Source of the DNA: an uncultured Candidatus Saccharibacteria bacterium
GTDB taxonomy: Bacteria > Patescibacteriota > WWE3 > UBA101185 > 2-01-FULL-41-18
Assembly: GCA_964636285.1 (NCBI GenBank)
Contig: CAZWQF010000003.1
Span: 69,226-133,225 of the forward strand
Direction: 5' to 3'
Length of the DNA stretch: 64,000 bases
This document shows positions 47,807-58,170 of this stretch, piece by piece. The notes below the pieces were generated by a model. That model ran no database searches. It saw only the letters and a program-made list of their open reading frames with translations, and had not been told where the DNA came from. Position 1 is the first letter of the stretch. The number at the start of each line of letters is the position of its first letter. Made by a program: the position numbers and the translations under genes.

Positions 47807-50383
47807 ATGGCTAAGAAAACTTCAGAAGAAAAAGAACATTTAGATGAATCCTCAACTGGACAAGTTGTTCAGGCAAATATAGTTAACGAAATGCAATCTG
47901 CATATCTTGACTACGCGATGAGCGTTATTGTTGCAAGAGCGCTTCCTGATGTTAACGACGGACTTAAACCGGTTCATAGAAGAGTTCTTTACGCCATGTA
48001 TGACCAAGGAATGGGACCTGGATCAAGGTACCAAAAGTGTGCTTCCGTAGTTGGAGAAGTAATGAAAAAGTACCATCCACACGGAGATTCATCAATTTAT
48101 GATGCACTTGCAAGAATGGCTCAGGATTTTTCGCTTAGATATCCACTTATTGACGGTCAAGGAAACTTTGGATCAGTGGATGGCGACCCTCCAGCAGCAA
48201 TGAGGTACACAGAGTGTAGGCTTGCACCAATCTCCACCAAACTTTATGAAGATATTGATAAAGACACAATCGACTTTAGCTTAAACTATTCGGGAGATTA
48301 TAAAGAGCCAACAGTACTCCCAGCTGTTCTTCCAAATCTACTTTTAAATGGAACATCAGGAATTGCGGTAGGAATGGCAACTCAAGTACCTCCACATAAC
48401 CTTGGCGAGGTAGTTGACGGTATCAGCCATATGATTGAAACCGCTGATAACATTGGAAGTGCGCCAAAAAAAGGCGATGAAGATCAAACAATGGTCCCAG
48501 ATTTCTCAAGCACAGCAAATGTTGAAGATCTTGTTAAATTCATAAAAGGTCCTGATTTTCCAACGGGCGGAATCATCTACGATCAATCAGAAATCATAAA
48601 AATGTACGCCACAGGTAGAGGAAGAATTGTAACAAGAGCTAGAACATCAATAGAGGAGGACAAGGCAGGAAAATTTAAAATTGTTATTACTGAAATCCCA
48701 TACCAGGTAAATAAAGCCACTCTTCAAGAAAAAGTAGCAATGCTTGTAAAGGATAAGAAGATTGACGGGATTTCAGACATTAGGGATGAGTCTGACAGAA
48801 GGGGAATGAGGGTTGTTATTGAACTTAAAAGAGATGCAAGACCACAACAAGTCTTAAACCTCCTTTACAAACACACTGACCTTCAAACTGCATTTAATGC
48901 AAACGTTGTAGCAATTCTTCATGGAGAGCCAAAAGTGTTCACTCTTAAAACAATGCTTGAAGAGTTTGTTAAGCATAGACAAAGAGTGGTTTTAAGAAGA
49001 ACCAAATACCTTTTAAATAAAGCTAGAGAAAGAGAACACATACTTCTTGGACTTAAAAAAGCTCTTGATCATTTGGACGAAGTCATAGCCCTTATCAGAA
49101 AAAGCAAAGATGCAGATGAGGCAAAACAGGGACTTATTAAGAAGTTTGATTTTTCTGAAATTCAGGCACAAGCAATTTTAGACATGCAGCTTAGAAGACT
49201 TGCTGCACTAGAGAGAAAGAAGATTGAGGACGAATTAAAAGAGGTCCAGGCTATGATTAAGGATCTCGAGGGCCTTCTTGCCTCGCCAAAGAGAGTTATA
49301 GATACAATCAAAAGTGAACTTGCAGAGCTTAAAACAAAGTATGGTGATGAAAGAAAGACAAAAATTATTAAAGGAAAGATTGGAGAATTCAGTGAAGAAG
49401 ACCTTATTAAGAACGAACAGGTAGTTATTTCTATAACCAAGACCGGATACATTAAAAGACTTACTGTTGATACATATAAGAGACAGGCTAGAGGAGGAAA
49501 AGGTGTGGTAGGACAAACCCTTAAAGAAGAGGACGAGGTCTATGATATAAAAGTTTGTAACAGCCTTGATTACGCACTTTTCTTTACTAATAAAGGTAAG
49601 GTTTACAAAGTCAAAATCTGGGAAATTCCTGAGGCTAGCAGAACTGCAAAGGGAACAGCAATTGTAAACTTAATTAACATTGAACAATCAGAAAAAATAG
49701 AAGAGTTTTTGACAGTTGATAAGTCGGTTTTTGATAGTAAACAGGGGCACATCATTCTTGGAACAACAAAAGGAAATATCAAAAAAACACTTCTTTCCGA
49801 ATTTGAAAACATCAGGCAATCTGGAATACTTGCAATCAAGCTTGATAATGGGGATTCCTTGGCCTGGGGAAGAATGTCTTCCGGAAGAGATGAGATCCTT
49901 TTGGTTACTGCAGAAGGCCAGTCCATTCGATTCAAAGAATCTGACGTAAGACCTATGGGAAGGCAAGCAGCTGGAGTAATTGGTATAAAACTTTCAGGTA
50001 GCGACTATGTAATTGGAATGGACATCATAAACAAAGAGAACAAGACACTTAATCTCTTGATAGTTACAGACAAAGGTTATGGCAAGAAGACTCATATAGA
50101 CGAGTACAAGACGCAAAACAGAGGAGGATCAGGTGTTTTAACATACCGAGTAACTGATAAAACTGGAAATGTATGTGCAACAAAGATTGTAGACTCAAGC
50201 ATAAAAAATGACGTTCTTATTGTTTCAAACGAAGGAAAGGTCATCAGACTTCCTGAAAAGCAGGTACCTTCGCTTGGAAGAGCCACACAGGGCGTTAGAC
50301 TTATTAACTTATCAGGTGGGGATACAGTAGCCTCCGTAGCTTACTTGGCCGAAAAAGTAGAAGACGAAGAAGAAACCGCCTAA
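47807..50383 (+). CDS. gyrA: DNA gyrase subunit A
   Basis: 858 aa. Active-site region AAMRYTE with the catalytic Tyr, the QRDR region, and a C-terminal beta-pinwheel with GyrA-box-like repeats. Confidence 0.95.
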   Translation: MAKKTSEEKEHLDESSTGQVVQANIVNEMQSAYLDYAMSVIVARALPDVNDGLKPVHRRVLYAMYDQGMGPGSRYQKCASVVGEVMKKYHPHGDSSIYDALARMAQDFSLRYPLIDGQGNFGSVDGDPPAAMRYTECRLAPISTKLYEDIDKDTIDFSLNYSGDYKEPTVLPAVLPNLLLNGTSGIAVGMATQVPPHNLGEVVDGISHMIETADNIGSAPKKGDEDQTMVPDFSSTANVEDLVKFIKGPDFPTGGIIYDQSEIIKMYATGRGRIVTRARTSIEEDKAGKFKIVITEIPYQVNKATLQEKVAMLVKDKKIDGISDIRDESDRRGMRVVIELKRDARPQQVLNLLYKHTDLQTAFNANVVAILHGEPKVFTLKTMLEEFVKHRQRVVLRRTKYLLNKAREREHILLGLKKALDHLDEVIALIRKSKDADEAKQGLIKKFDFSEIQAQAILDMQLRRLAALERKKIEDELKEVQAMIKDLEGLLASPKRVIDTIKSELAELKTKYGDERKTKIIKGKIGEFSEEDLIKNEQVVISITKTGYIKRLTVDTYKRQARGGKGVVGQTLKEEDEVYDIKVCNSLDYALFFTNKGKVYKVKIWEIPEASRTAKGTAIVNLINIEQSEKIEEFLTVDKSVFDSKQGHIILGTTKGNIKKTLLSEFENIRQSGILAIKLDNGDSLAWGRMSSGRDEILLVTAEGQSIRFKESDVRPMGRQAAGVIGIKLSGSDYVIGMDIINKENKTLNLLIVTDKGYGKKTHIDEYKTQNRGGSGVLTYRVTDKTGNVCATKIVDSSIKNDVLIVSNEGKVIRLPEKQVPSLGRATQGVRLINLSGGDTVASVAYLAEKVEDEEETA

Positions 50384-50385
50384 CA

Positions 50386-51192
50386 ATGGACAATAATATC
50401 GATCAACAACCACTAATTCCAAAAGGAGCAATAATAGGATTGATTGTTGCAATTGTAGTTGGAGTCTTTTTGTACATGAATCAAACGGCAGCACTCAATG
50501 CAGGCCAAAATACAAAAGATAAACCTGCTGTTTCTGAAGCGGATGTTCAAAGTAACATGATCGGGTCAGATGCACCAGCCGGTGTTGCTGGAGCACAAGC
50601 CGAAGATAAACCTCAAAACACCGATCCATTGTTACAGGGAGTTGTGAATCCAAGCACTGAGGGTATAAATTTTGGCAAGCCAGCAGCTACACCAGTACCA
50701 AAACAACAAGTGCAGCAACAAACCCAACAAGCTCCAAAACAACCCCTTTCAAGTAACGAAGGGGTAAAGCAGTTAAAGCAACTCCAAACAAAAAAAGTGG
50801 ATATTGTCACCTACAGCGCATATGAGATTGAAGGGCCTTCTGGATCTTTTGTAGTTAAGTCAAAAGTAGGAGACCAGGAGAGCCACGAAAATGTAATCTC
50901 AAGGGCACCGTCCTGGACAAAAATGAATGAGGTTTTTGATTTTGTAGAGGGGAAAATATATGTGGTGAACGGCTACAAGGATATTGTTGAGATATACACA
51001 ACTACAAATGCTGGATTTGAGTATAAAGATGCAATAAAACTTCCGTCCAGAGAAGATATAGGCATAGCCTTTGGTATAACATGCGCAAATAATCCCGAGT
51101 GCATTGTTAGAACCTCAAAGGCGTCCGGGAGTGAATGTTCTGTAAAAGTTAACATCAAGAGCAAAAAGTCTTACGAACCTGACTGCGATTAA
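50386..51192 (+). CDS. membrane-anchored or secreted hypothetical protein with a Q/P-rich linker and C-terminal Cys pairs
   Basis: 268 aa with an N-terminal TM and low complexity between roughly residues 60 and 140. Starts immediately after the gyrA stop. Confidence 0.45.
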   Translation: MDNNIDQQPLIPKGAIIGLIVAIVVGVFLYMNQTAALNAGQNTKDKPAVSEADVQSNMIGSDAPAGVAGAQAEDKPQNTDPLLQGVVNPSTEGINFGKPAATPVPKQQVQQQTQQAPKQPLSSNEGVKQLKQLQTKKVDIVTYSAYEIEGPSGSFVVKSKVGDQESHENVISRAPSWTKMNEVFDFVEGKIYVVNGYKDIVEIYTTTNAGFEYKDAIKLPSREDIGIAFGITCANNPECIVRTSKASGSECSVKVNIKSKKSYEPDCD

Positions 51193-51867
51193 ATGGCAAA
51201 AAATAGCCCAAAACCAACATTAGAATATGAAAAAGCTCTATGGGATCAAGGCGTATTTGATGTCATTGGTATAGATGAGGTAGGAAGGGGTTCGTGGGCT
51301 GGGCCAGTAGTTGCTGCAGCAGTGATTTTTGACGAGGATGTTGCAACCAAACTTATTCAAGAGGAACTAAGTGATGTTAAAGATTCCAAGCTCCTTTCGC
51401 AAGCAAAAAGAGAGGCTTTAAGCAAAATTATTCTTAGTACATGCAAAAGATGCTACATATCTGAGGTGTCAGTTGAGGATATAAATCAGAGTGGGGTAGG
51501 GGAGAGTGCACAAAAAGCTTTCATAATAGCCCTTGAAAAAGTGCTTGGAAATAAAAGGGCTCATGTGTTGATAGATGCTTTTTATATTAAGGAGGTCCCA
51601 AAAAACGTCCAGACACCAATAATAAAGGGAGACCAAAAGTCGTTTTCAATTGCGGCAGCTTCAATAATTGCAAAGGTGTATAGAGATAATTTGATGGTCA
51701 AACTAGGGGAGGGCTACAGACAGTACGGCTTTGAGATCAACAAAGGTTATGGAACCAAATCCCATCAACTTGCAATCTCAAAGCACGGACTTTGTAAAAT
51801 TCACAGAACCAGCTTTAACCTCTCCTCCTTACTCAATAAAGAACTAAGTCAAATTGCTCCAAAATAA
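51193..51867 (+). CDS. rnhB: Ribonuclease HII
   Basis: 224 aa with the IGIDEVGRGSWAGPVVAAAV catalytic DE motif of RNase HII. Confidence 0.85.
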   Translation: MAKNSPKPTLEYEKALWDQGVFDVIGIDEVGRGSWAGPVVAAAVIFDEDVATKLIQEELSDVKDSKLLSQAKREALSKIILSTCKRCYISEVSVEDINQSGVGESAQKAFIIALEKVLGNKRAHVLIDAFYIKEVPKNVQTPIIKGDQKSFSIAAASIIAKVYRDNLMVKLGEGYRQYGFEINKGYGTKSHQLAISKHGLCKIHRTSFNLSSLLNKELSQIAPK

Positions 51868-51941
51868 AATCCTTAATTCTTGACTTGTTAGGCTTAAAAG
51901 AACTATTATTCTAATTGCCCAGTATTTTTTTGAAAGGAAAA

Positions 51942-52673
51942 ATGAAAGATTTTGCAATTAAATTAGTCATGGTTGTTTTGTCTGTAATTCTTGTTGTGAA
52001 AGTTCTAGGTACTTTACCACTTTCAATGAATACAAAAGCTCTTGATAAAGATAATAACTTCTTTGTATCAGCTGATGCCACAACTTACGTTAAACCTGAT
52101 ATAGCATATGTAAATCTTGCAGTTGAAACAACAGGAAATACCGCAGCACTCGCTCAGACTGGCCTTAATGGGGTAATAAATAAAGTAACATCTGAAGTTA
52201 AAAAGTTAGGACTTACTGATGAGGATGTTAAAACAACAAACTATAACATTTACCCAACATATTCTGCTGATGGTAAAAAAATTGACTCGTACAGAGCAAG
52301 CGCATCTATAAGAGTAAAAGAGAGAAAACTAGATAGGCTCAACAATGTAATTGATGCAGGAACCGCAGCTGGAGCTAACAGTGTCTCCGGAGTATCCTTT
52401 GAAGTCGAAAACAAAGAAGAAGCAATCAACAACGCTAGAGCTGAAGCAATCAAAAAAGCAAAAGAAAAGGCAAAGAAGATTGCCACAGAATCTGGAATTT
52501 CACTTGGAAGAATAGTCAATGTATCTGAAGCTTACCCATCCAACTTTATGCCTTACGCAGCATCTGATATGTCTTTTGGAAAAGGAGCCGGTGGGGCAGG
52601 GGAGCAAACAAATATTCAGCCTGGACAAACAGAGGTTAAGGTTGAAGTTACTCTCAGCTACGAAACGCTTTAG
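51942..52673 (+). CDS. SIMPL/DUF541-domain periplasmic or surface protein
   Basis: N-terminal TM, then the SIMPL-like pattern (YVNLAVETTG...VKERKLDRLNNVIDAGTAAGANSVSGVSFEVEN...). Start chosen at MKDFAIK; the ORF track starts at 51915. Confidence 0.55.
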   Translation: MKDFAIKLVMVVLSVILVVKVLGTLPLSMNTKALDKDNNFFVSADATTYVKPDIAYVNLAVETTGNTAALAQTGLNGVINKVTSEVKKLGLTDEDVKTTNYNIYPTYSADGKKIDSYRASASIRVKERKLDRLNNVIDAGTAAGANSVSGVSFEVENKEEAINNARAEAIKKAKEKAKKIATESGISLGRIVNVSEAYPSNFMPYAASDMSFGKGAGGAGEQTNIQPGQTEVKVEVTLSYETL

Positions 52674-52716
52674 TTAGCAAGTTTGGTGGAATTAACTGCC
52701 TTAGTTCCATAATAAA

Positions 52717-53901
52717 TTGGACCAGGAAAATCAGCAGAAAAAGCTGAAGATTTCTCAAATCGATTCACATAGAGAGCACGCTGAAAAGCTTTTCCTTTCG
52801 CTTAGCTATGATGATGTGCTCCTTGTACCTACACTCTCAGATATAAATTCAAGAGACGATGTTGTAACTGAAACTCAAATTACCCCTAAAATTAAGCTTT
52901 CAATACCGATCATTAGCTCTAACATGGACACAGTTACAGGTGTAGAGATGGCACTAGAAATTGCAAAGCTTGGAGGACTTGGAATTCTTCCAAGGTTTGA
53001 TGACATAGAAACTCAAGCAGTAAAAGTTGAACAAGTTAAAAGGTATGGCGGGCTAGTTGGTGCTGCAGTGGGAGTTAAAGAAGGGTTTATTGATAGGGCA
53101 TCAAGACTAGTGAAGGCTGGAGTGGATGTTTTGGTGCTGGATGTAGCGCATGGGCACATGACCAAAGTACTGGAAGCAACAAGCTTACTTAAGCATGCGT
53201 TTAACGACGTTGAATTAATTTGCGGAAATGTGGCAACTTACGAAGGGGCAATGGATTTATTTAACGCAGGTGCGGATAGCGTAAAGGTTGGTGTTGGTCC
53301 TGGAAGTATCTGCACAACACGAATTATGAGCGGATCGGGAGTGCCACAAATCAGCGCAGTATTACATGCAGCAAAGGCTGCCAGAGAAGTAGGTAAAACC
53401 ATCATCTGCGACGGAGGAACAAAAACACCTGGGGACGTGGCCAAAGGACTTGCTGCGGGAGCTTCAGCAGTTATGATTGGGAGCATGCTTGCAGGTACAA
53501 ACGAAGCACCTGGCGAGATTATAAGTGTTCAAAAAAAGCACACAAAGGAAGCGTATTTATTTGGGATAAAGTTTTTTGAACTGGAGATAAGGGAGGGCTT
53601 ACCTCAAAAATTTAAGAGATACAACGGGTCCACATCCAAAGCAGAAAAACACAGTCAAGTTAAAAAAGATGCTTCGGATAAGTCTGGCTCGTATACCGAA
53701 TATGTTGAAGGGGTTGAGGCAATGGTTCCATACAAAGGCCCAGTTGAAAGCGTAGTAAAGCGAATTATGGCGGGAGTAAGATCTGGAATGAGCTACAGCG
53801 GGTCCAGAACAATTGAGGAATTTTGGGAAAATGCAGAGTTTGTACGAATAACTGCGCAGGGCGTAAAAGAAAGCAACGCTCACGATGTACACACTTTATA
53901 A
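52717..53901 (+). CDS. guaB: IMP dehydrogenase/GMP reductase family enzyme lacking CBS domains
   Basis: 394 aa. [10 protein letters not shown], active-site [11 protein letters not shown], and a flap region; no CBS pair. Confidence 0.65.
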   Translation: MDQENQQKKLKISQIDSHREHAEKLFLSLSYDDVLLVPTLSDINSRDDVVTETQITPKIKLSIPIISSNMDTVTGVEMALEIAKLGGLGILPRFDDIETQAVKVEQVKRYGGLVGAAVGVKEGFIDRASRLVKAGVDVLVLDVAHGHMTKVLEATSLLKHAFNDVELICGNVATYEGAMDLFNAGADSVKVGVGPGSICTTRIMSGSGVPQISAVLHAAKAAREVGKTIICDGGTKTPGDVAKGLAAGASAVMIGSMLAGTNEAPGEIISVQKKHTKEAYLFGIKFFELEIREGLPQKFKRYNGSTSKAEKHSQVKKDASDKSGSYTEYVEGVEAMVPYKGPVESVVKRIMAGVRSGMSYSGSRTIEEFWENAEFVRITAQGVKESNAHDVHTL

Positions 53902-53988
53902 GCTGAATAGTCGTTTTTGACCTCCACTAAAGCAAATAATCGGCCCATACTATATACCTTAGCAAAAGCAAATAGAGCAAGCATCAAG

Positions 53989-54018
53989 TTTGATCAAAAC
54001 ATAGAAGGCTGTTAAGAT
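53989..54018 (+). promoter_or_regulatory. candidate sigma70 promoter for the small GC-rich membrane-peptide gene
   Basis: TTGATC, an 18-nt spacer, then TAAGAT. A strong RBS (AGGAAAGAGGA, 54041-54051) follows, then the ATG at 54059. Confidence 0.35.
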
Positions 54019-54058
54019 TTCAAGCACCAATAATCCTTAAAGGAAAGAGGATCCGATT

Positions 54059-54256
54059 ATGCACCTAGGATGGCAGCTGTATCTTGGGGCTATGCTGTTA
54101 ATTCTGAGCATAGTGCTCGACCAACCAACTTCCAGACTTCATATGCTGGGCAAACGAGGTCTTGGAAGAATGTTTGCGGTTGCAACACCACCTGCTGTGT
54201 TTACGCTCGGCGGGGCCCTATTGCTTGTAATCGCTGCAAAAGCAATTTTCGGCTGA
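54059..54256 (+). CDS. small two-helix membrane protein (65 aa), GC-rich
   Basis: MHLGWQLYLGAMLLILSIVL...AVFTLGGALLLVIAAKAIFG: two hydrophobic helices joined by a basic loop. A strong SD lies 8 nt upstream and a hairpin downstream. GC is about 52% in a roughly 38% GC genome. Confidence 0.42.
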   Translation: MHLGWQLYLGAMLLILSIVLDQPTSRLHMLGKRGLGRMFAVATPPAVFTLGGALLLVIAAKAIFG

Positions 54257-54279
54257 GACCACCCCTGGCTTGTTCCCCA

Positions 54280-54348
54280 CCTGACGCGATGAAACCACGA
54301 ACGCACAAGCGCTCGCACCGGTTGATTCGCGTCAGGATACTTTTTATT
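54280..54348. terminator. Large hairpin (10-bp perfect stem, 37-nt loop) plus T-run between convergent genes
   Basis: CCTGACGCGA...(37 nt)...TCGCGTCAGG followed by ATACTTTTTATT. It abuts the stop codon of the recombinase gene on the other strand. Confidence 0.45.
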
Positions 54349-55291
54349 ATTTCCTTAAAAACTTATCGTGGACTTCTTTTAATCGCCTGTTGGTTACATG
54401 CGTGTATATTTGCGTTGTTGAAACATTCGAGTGCCCTAAAAGCTCCTGAACAGACCTTAAATCCGCACCGTTCATTAAAAGCGTAGTTGCCATAGAATGT
54501 CTTAACGAATGCGGCGTAGCATCAACCCCAACACCAGATCTCCCAACATACTTCTTAACCAAGCGCTGAACGCTTCTGACTGTTAGCCTTAAAGATTCTC
54601 CGTCAGCATCATCTATTGTCATTTTCTTACCTGAATACCTTAAAAACAGTGGTAAGAATTTGTCCGATCTTGTGGAAAGGTATCTTTCAAGCCAGTTCAA
54701 AGCTTCATCCGAAAGATAAACTGTCCTCAGCTTTCTTCCTTTACCTACAACACTAAACTCTCTTGTTTCATAATTTATGCTATCTCTATCAAGTTTAACA
54801 AGCTCGCTAACTCTGAGGCCTGTGCTAAACAAAACCTCAAGAATTGCACGGTCCCTGACACCTGACCTCTTGTCTAGGTTCTGAACGCTCATAATGCGCT
54901 CCAGCTGTTCGTTATTTAAAAACTTGGGAACTCTAGCTTCAGATTTTCCCAGGTCAATCTGCTCAGGTGCAACAGTCTGTAGATTTTTCTTGACAATGAG
55001 GTATCTGAGAAAAGCCCTAAGCGAAACCATAAAAGTCTTTTGGGTGTTCTTTTTATACGCTTCATTAGATTTGTAACTAATTCTTCTATTTAAATTTATT
55101 CTGTATTTTTGAATATTATCCAAATTTATATCATCGCTGGTAGGGGATTCGGAATTTAAATGCGATTTTAAAAACTCCAAGAAATCTCTCAGGTAAAAAT
55201 CGTACATTTTGATTGTGGATTGGGAGAGGTTTTTGTCTATTTCGCAAAACTCAAGGTAGTCAGTAATAAGAGCCGAAAGAGCAGTTGTCAT
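54347..55291 (-). CDS. Tyrosine site-specific recombinase, XerC/XerD family
   Basis: 314 aa. N-terminal SAM-like core-binding domain, catalytic R...HxxR...Y (HSLRHSMATTLL, LLGHSNVSTTQIYTHV). The size fits XerD/XerC. Confidence 0.8.
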   Translation of the reverse strand: MTTALSALITDYLEFCEIDKNLSQSTIKMYDFYLRDFLEFLKSHLNSESPTSDDINLDNIQKYRINLNRRISYKSNEAYKKNTQKTFMVSLRAFLRYLIVKKNLQTVAPEQIDLGKSEARVPKFLNNEQLERIMSVQNLDKRSGVRDRAILEVLFSTGLRVSELVKLDRDSINYETREFSVVGKGRKLRTVYLSDEALNWLERYLSTRSDKFLPLFLRYSGKKMTIDDADGESLRLTVRSVQRLVKKYVGRSGVGVDATPHSLRHSMATTLLMNGADLRSVQELLGHSNVSTTQIYTHVTNRRLKEVHDKFLRK

Positions 55292-56767
55292 CTATCCATG
55301 GTACAGAAAAGTACATCAAATGTAAACATTTAACGACGTCTGATCAACAAGGATCAATTGAAAATAGTTTTAAGCTTTACCGGCGCGATAAAATGCAATT
55401 TTGGAGGCATGGCAATTATTTATTGTAATTATAAGTTTTTATAATCGAAATCACTCACCCTACCTAGTCTGCTAACTACTTAATGTATGAGAAGTATAGT
55501 CTTATAGTCACTGTTTTAGAATTCGCTTTTTGTATTAAACTTAGACCTATATTTAAACTAAAATTTAAACTTAAAATGCCAATCATGCCCCAGATTTCAT
55601 ACCGGTGGCGCAAAGATAAATTTGACTTCCAATGTATTTATCTTTCAGAATGGCTCACTGTTTTACTTCACCAGCAGCTACCTACATTTGGAATGCAATT
55701 CATACGCGACACAGAAAATTTAGCTGAAAGATCTGTATTAAGTTGAATCATTTATCATCTGAATTTCAAAAATTGATCCTAGGGCATTCTAGAGCGTTAC
55801 CTTTTGTTTTTGTTGTAGGTACGGCATTAATCGAATATGGCCTCATAAAACATGTTCAAATTTAAGGGTTAAATCGCTCAAACAACCTACTGGCAAAGCT
55901 TGCACAGGACAAGCTAGTGATAAGACCCAAAGAGCGATAATCACTGACAACTAAAAAGCACTAAGAGAGGCATGAGTGCGGAGAAGAATCAGAAAAAGTG
56001 AGGGAATTAAAATTTAATTCAAATTAGAAAAATAAAAAGAGAATAAAAAAATTTATTATTTTTAAATTGTAGGGAAGTACATAATAAAAAAATTAAAGAG
56101 GGCAAAAAAATGACGAGGTTTGAGGACAAAGGGAAGTGGTAGATTGACACAGATGCAACGTCGTAATATGTATCTTTAACGACGTCTTAGGCCGAAAAAT
56201 CTGGGCCAAGGCCTAAGGGGTCAAAAACAGGTACAAATACATGCAAGAGGAAATAGACCAGAAATAAATAAAATAAATGATTTTAAAACTTTTTAAAAAT
56301 ACGCCTCAGGAGAATAATTAATTTTTTAAGATTTTAAAACTTTTTATGGCTTAAGGCCAATTTAACCTTTGTCTAGGCCTGATTTCCAAGCTCCTGATCT
56401 TACCTCTCTTGTAGGCATCCTCAACCAACAAATAGACGAGTATTTGGCTTCATGACAACAAATACTATTAATTTTTAACTTAACAATAACAGAATTTTGC
56501 AACAAAATAGAGCGCTTTTTGGCCTCAATTCGCCAAGTTATCCACACCATCTACACTCTACTGACACTCCGTCATCAGTGAATAATTATACCCTATAGCA
56601 AAACTATGACAAACATACATGACACACCCTATAGTATTATTAGCACTCTCCTCTACCCTGCGCTAACCTACCCTACTCTCTGAGGCCAAAACTGCCTAAA
56701 ATTAGCCAGAAATTTTATGCCTCAAATTTACTTAATTATTCCCGAATTTGGCGTAATGACAACAAAA

Positions 56768-57547
56768 CTAAGGTATAAATAATAGACCCATTAAAAGAAA
56801 CAGAACTGTAATGACAACATGCTCTAAAATGATCCTTCGGGTCAAAGTATGCTTAAGATAGTTTTGGATGAAACCAAGGCCAAAAAGTACCACAGAGGAT
56901 AAAAATAAGCCTCTAAAGAGAGCTTCAAACGGTATAAATAGCATGGTGAAAGCAAAAAGTGACACCCAGAAGGTCCCAACAAGCACCAAACTTGCATCAT
57001 ACACCTCTACCTCTAGCTTTAGCACCCTAGACCAAAAATCCAGAAGTAAATATGCTGAAACTACCACTACCCCAGCCTGAATCAATGGGTGGGCTGGTAT
57101 CTTAAACACTGCTGAATAGAACAATATGGATGCAACCACAATCAGAATCTGAGCCCAGGTGGAGGCCGCCCTGTACAAAGGTATCATCTTTCCCCTACTC
57201 TCAATGACCGTAAAAATGTTAATCACCAGAAGACAGATATAGAACAATACTGCAATTCCAACCAAAAATATGGCCTTAAAATAAAACGAGAGATTTGGAT
57301 ACTGAAATAACGAAAGAGCTCCACCTACAGCCAAATGAAGAGGTAGAACTAAAGCAAAAAGCCAAAGCCTCTTATAGGGAAATAGCTCCAAGGACCAAAT
57401 CAAAAGACCAGCACAAATTCCGGACAATACAGCGGTGTATATGTACATGCTTGCCACACCCAAGTATGCAGACACAAAGAGCAAAGTTGCAACGCCAATA
57501 GAAACAAGAATAAAGTTAATTTTTTTAGATGTTACATTTGGCTGCAT
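56768..57547 (-). CDS. polytopic integral membrane protein, unknown function
   Basis: 259 aa, predicted 7-8 TM helices throughout. Confidence 0.5.
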   Translation of the reverse strand: MQPNVTSKKINFILVSIGVATLLFVSAYLGVASMYIYTAVLSGICAGLLIWSLELFPYKRLWLFALVLPLHLAVGGALSLFQYPNLSFYFKAIFLVGIAVLFYICLLVINIFTVIESRGKMIPLYRAASTWAQILIVVASILFYSAVFKIPAHPLIQAGVVVVSAYLLLDFWSRVLKLEVEVYDASLVLVGTFWVSLFAFTMLFIPFEALFRGLFLSSVVLFGLGFIQNYLKHTLTRRIILEHVVITVLFLLMGLLFIP

Positions 57548-57553
57548 AAAGCC

Positions 57554-58081
57554 TTAAGCCTGCGAGGTGAAGTTTGAATAAACATCCTGAACATCGTCAT
57601 GATCATCCAAAGCTTCAAGCAAGGCTAGAATCTTTTCCGGGTTTTCAAGTGGTACCTCAAAAAGCGGGTTTTCAGGGTCTTGAAAGATATATGCAGCGCT
57701 TCCTGATTCGCCTAGAGAACCGCCATGCCTGTTAAAAAGATTTCTAATTTCTGAAACCGTTCTGTTTTTGTTATCAGTAAGCACTTTTACTACAATAGCA
57801 ACGCCATCAGGTCCATAACCTTCATATGTGATTTCTTCCAAACTCCCTTCGCCACCTCCTATTGCCTTCTGAATTGCCCTGTCTATGTTTTCTTTTGGCA
57901 TTCGTGCCTCCTTGGCTTTTTCAATGGCAAGTCTTAAGGATGGATTCATATCAGGATCTCCCCCACCCTTCTTTGCAGCCAAAGTTATCAGTCTTGAAAC
58001 TTTTGTGAAGACTTGGCTTCTTTTTGAATCATTTACTGCCTTATCTCGTTTGATTGTTGCCCATTTTGAATGTCCACTCAT
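57554..58081 (-). CDS. YebC/PmpR-family protein, compact form
   Basis: 175 aa. MSGHSKWATIKRDKA...GGGDPDMNPSLRLAIEKAKEARMPKENIDRAIQK matches YebC/TACO1. It appears about 70 aa shorter than canonical YebC. Confidence 0.7.
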   Translation of the reverse strand: MSGHSKWATIKRDKAVNDSKRSQVFTKVSRLITLAAKKGGGDPDMNPSLRLAIEKAKEARMPKENIDRAIQKAIGGGEGSLEEITYEGYGPDGVAIVVKVLTDNKNRTVSEIRNLFNRHGGSLGESGSAAYIFQDPENPLFEVPLENPEKILALLEALDDHDDVQDVYSNFTSQA

Positions 58082-58170
58082 GCTAGTTATTCTAACAAAT
58101 TAAAAGATAAAGACAATTTTGTGAAAGCATAACCTTGACAAAAGGCACTCTATAATTTAGTTTCTTACTC

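Noticed and set aside
54280-54340. Possible SRP RNA (helix-8-like GTCAGGTGGGGAACAAGCCAGG on the minus strand), or a tRNA/tmRNA as an integrase target
   Set aside because: The match to the SRP domain IV consensus is only partial, and the motif lies inside the 10-bp inverted-repeat stem rather than at a hairpin apex. No T-loop (GGTTCGA-like) or acceptor/CCA features were found anywhere nearby. The call is left to an Infernal scan.
54070-54486. 138-aa plus-strand ORF overlapping the small membrane-peptide gene and running into the recombinase gene
   Set aside because: The translation is Cys/Arg-rich nonsense. It reads through the hairpin terminator and is antisense to xer. The 54059 frame, which has a strong SD, is the better call.
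55329-56188. 13-nt direct repeat TTTAACGACGTCT (55329 and 56176) as possible att sites
   Set aside because: About 30 exact 13-mer repeats are expected by chance in 64 kb of AT-rich sequence. No ORFs lie between the copies. It is mentioned only as part of the non-coding-tract finding.
55483-56550. Track ORFs 55483-55746 (+) and 56362-56550 (-) in the AT-rich tract
   Set aside because: No RBS, odd composition (Phe/Lys/Leu-rich), and no similarity to anything I recognise. They are treated as non-coding.
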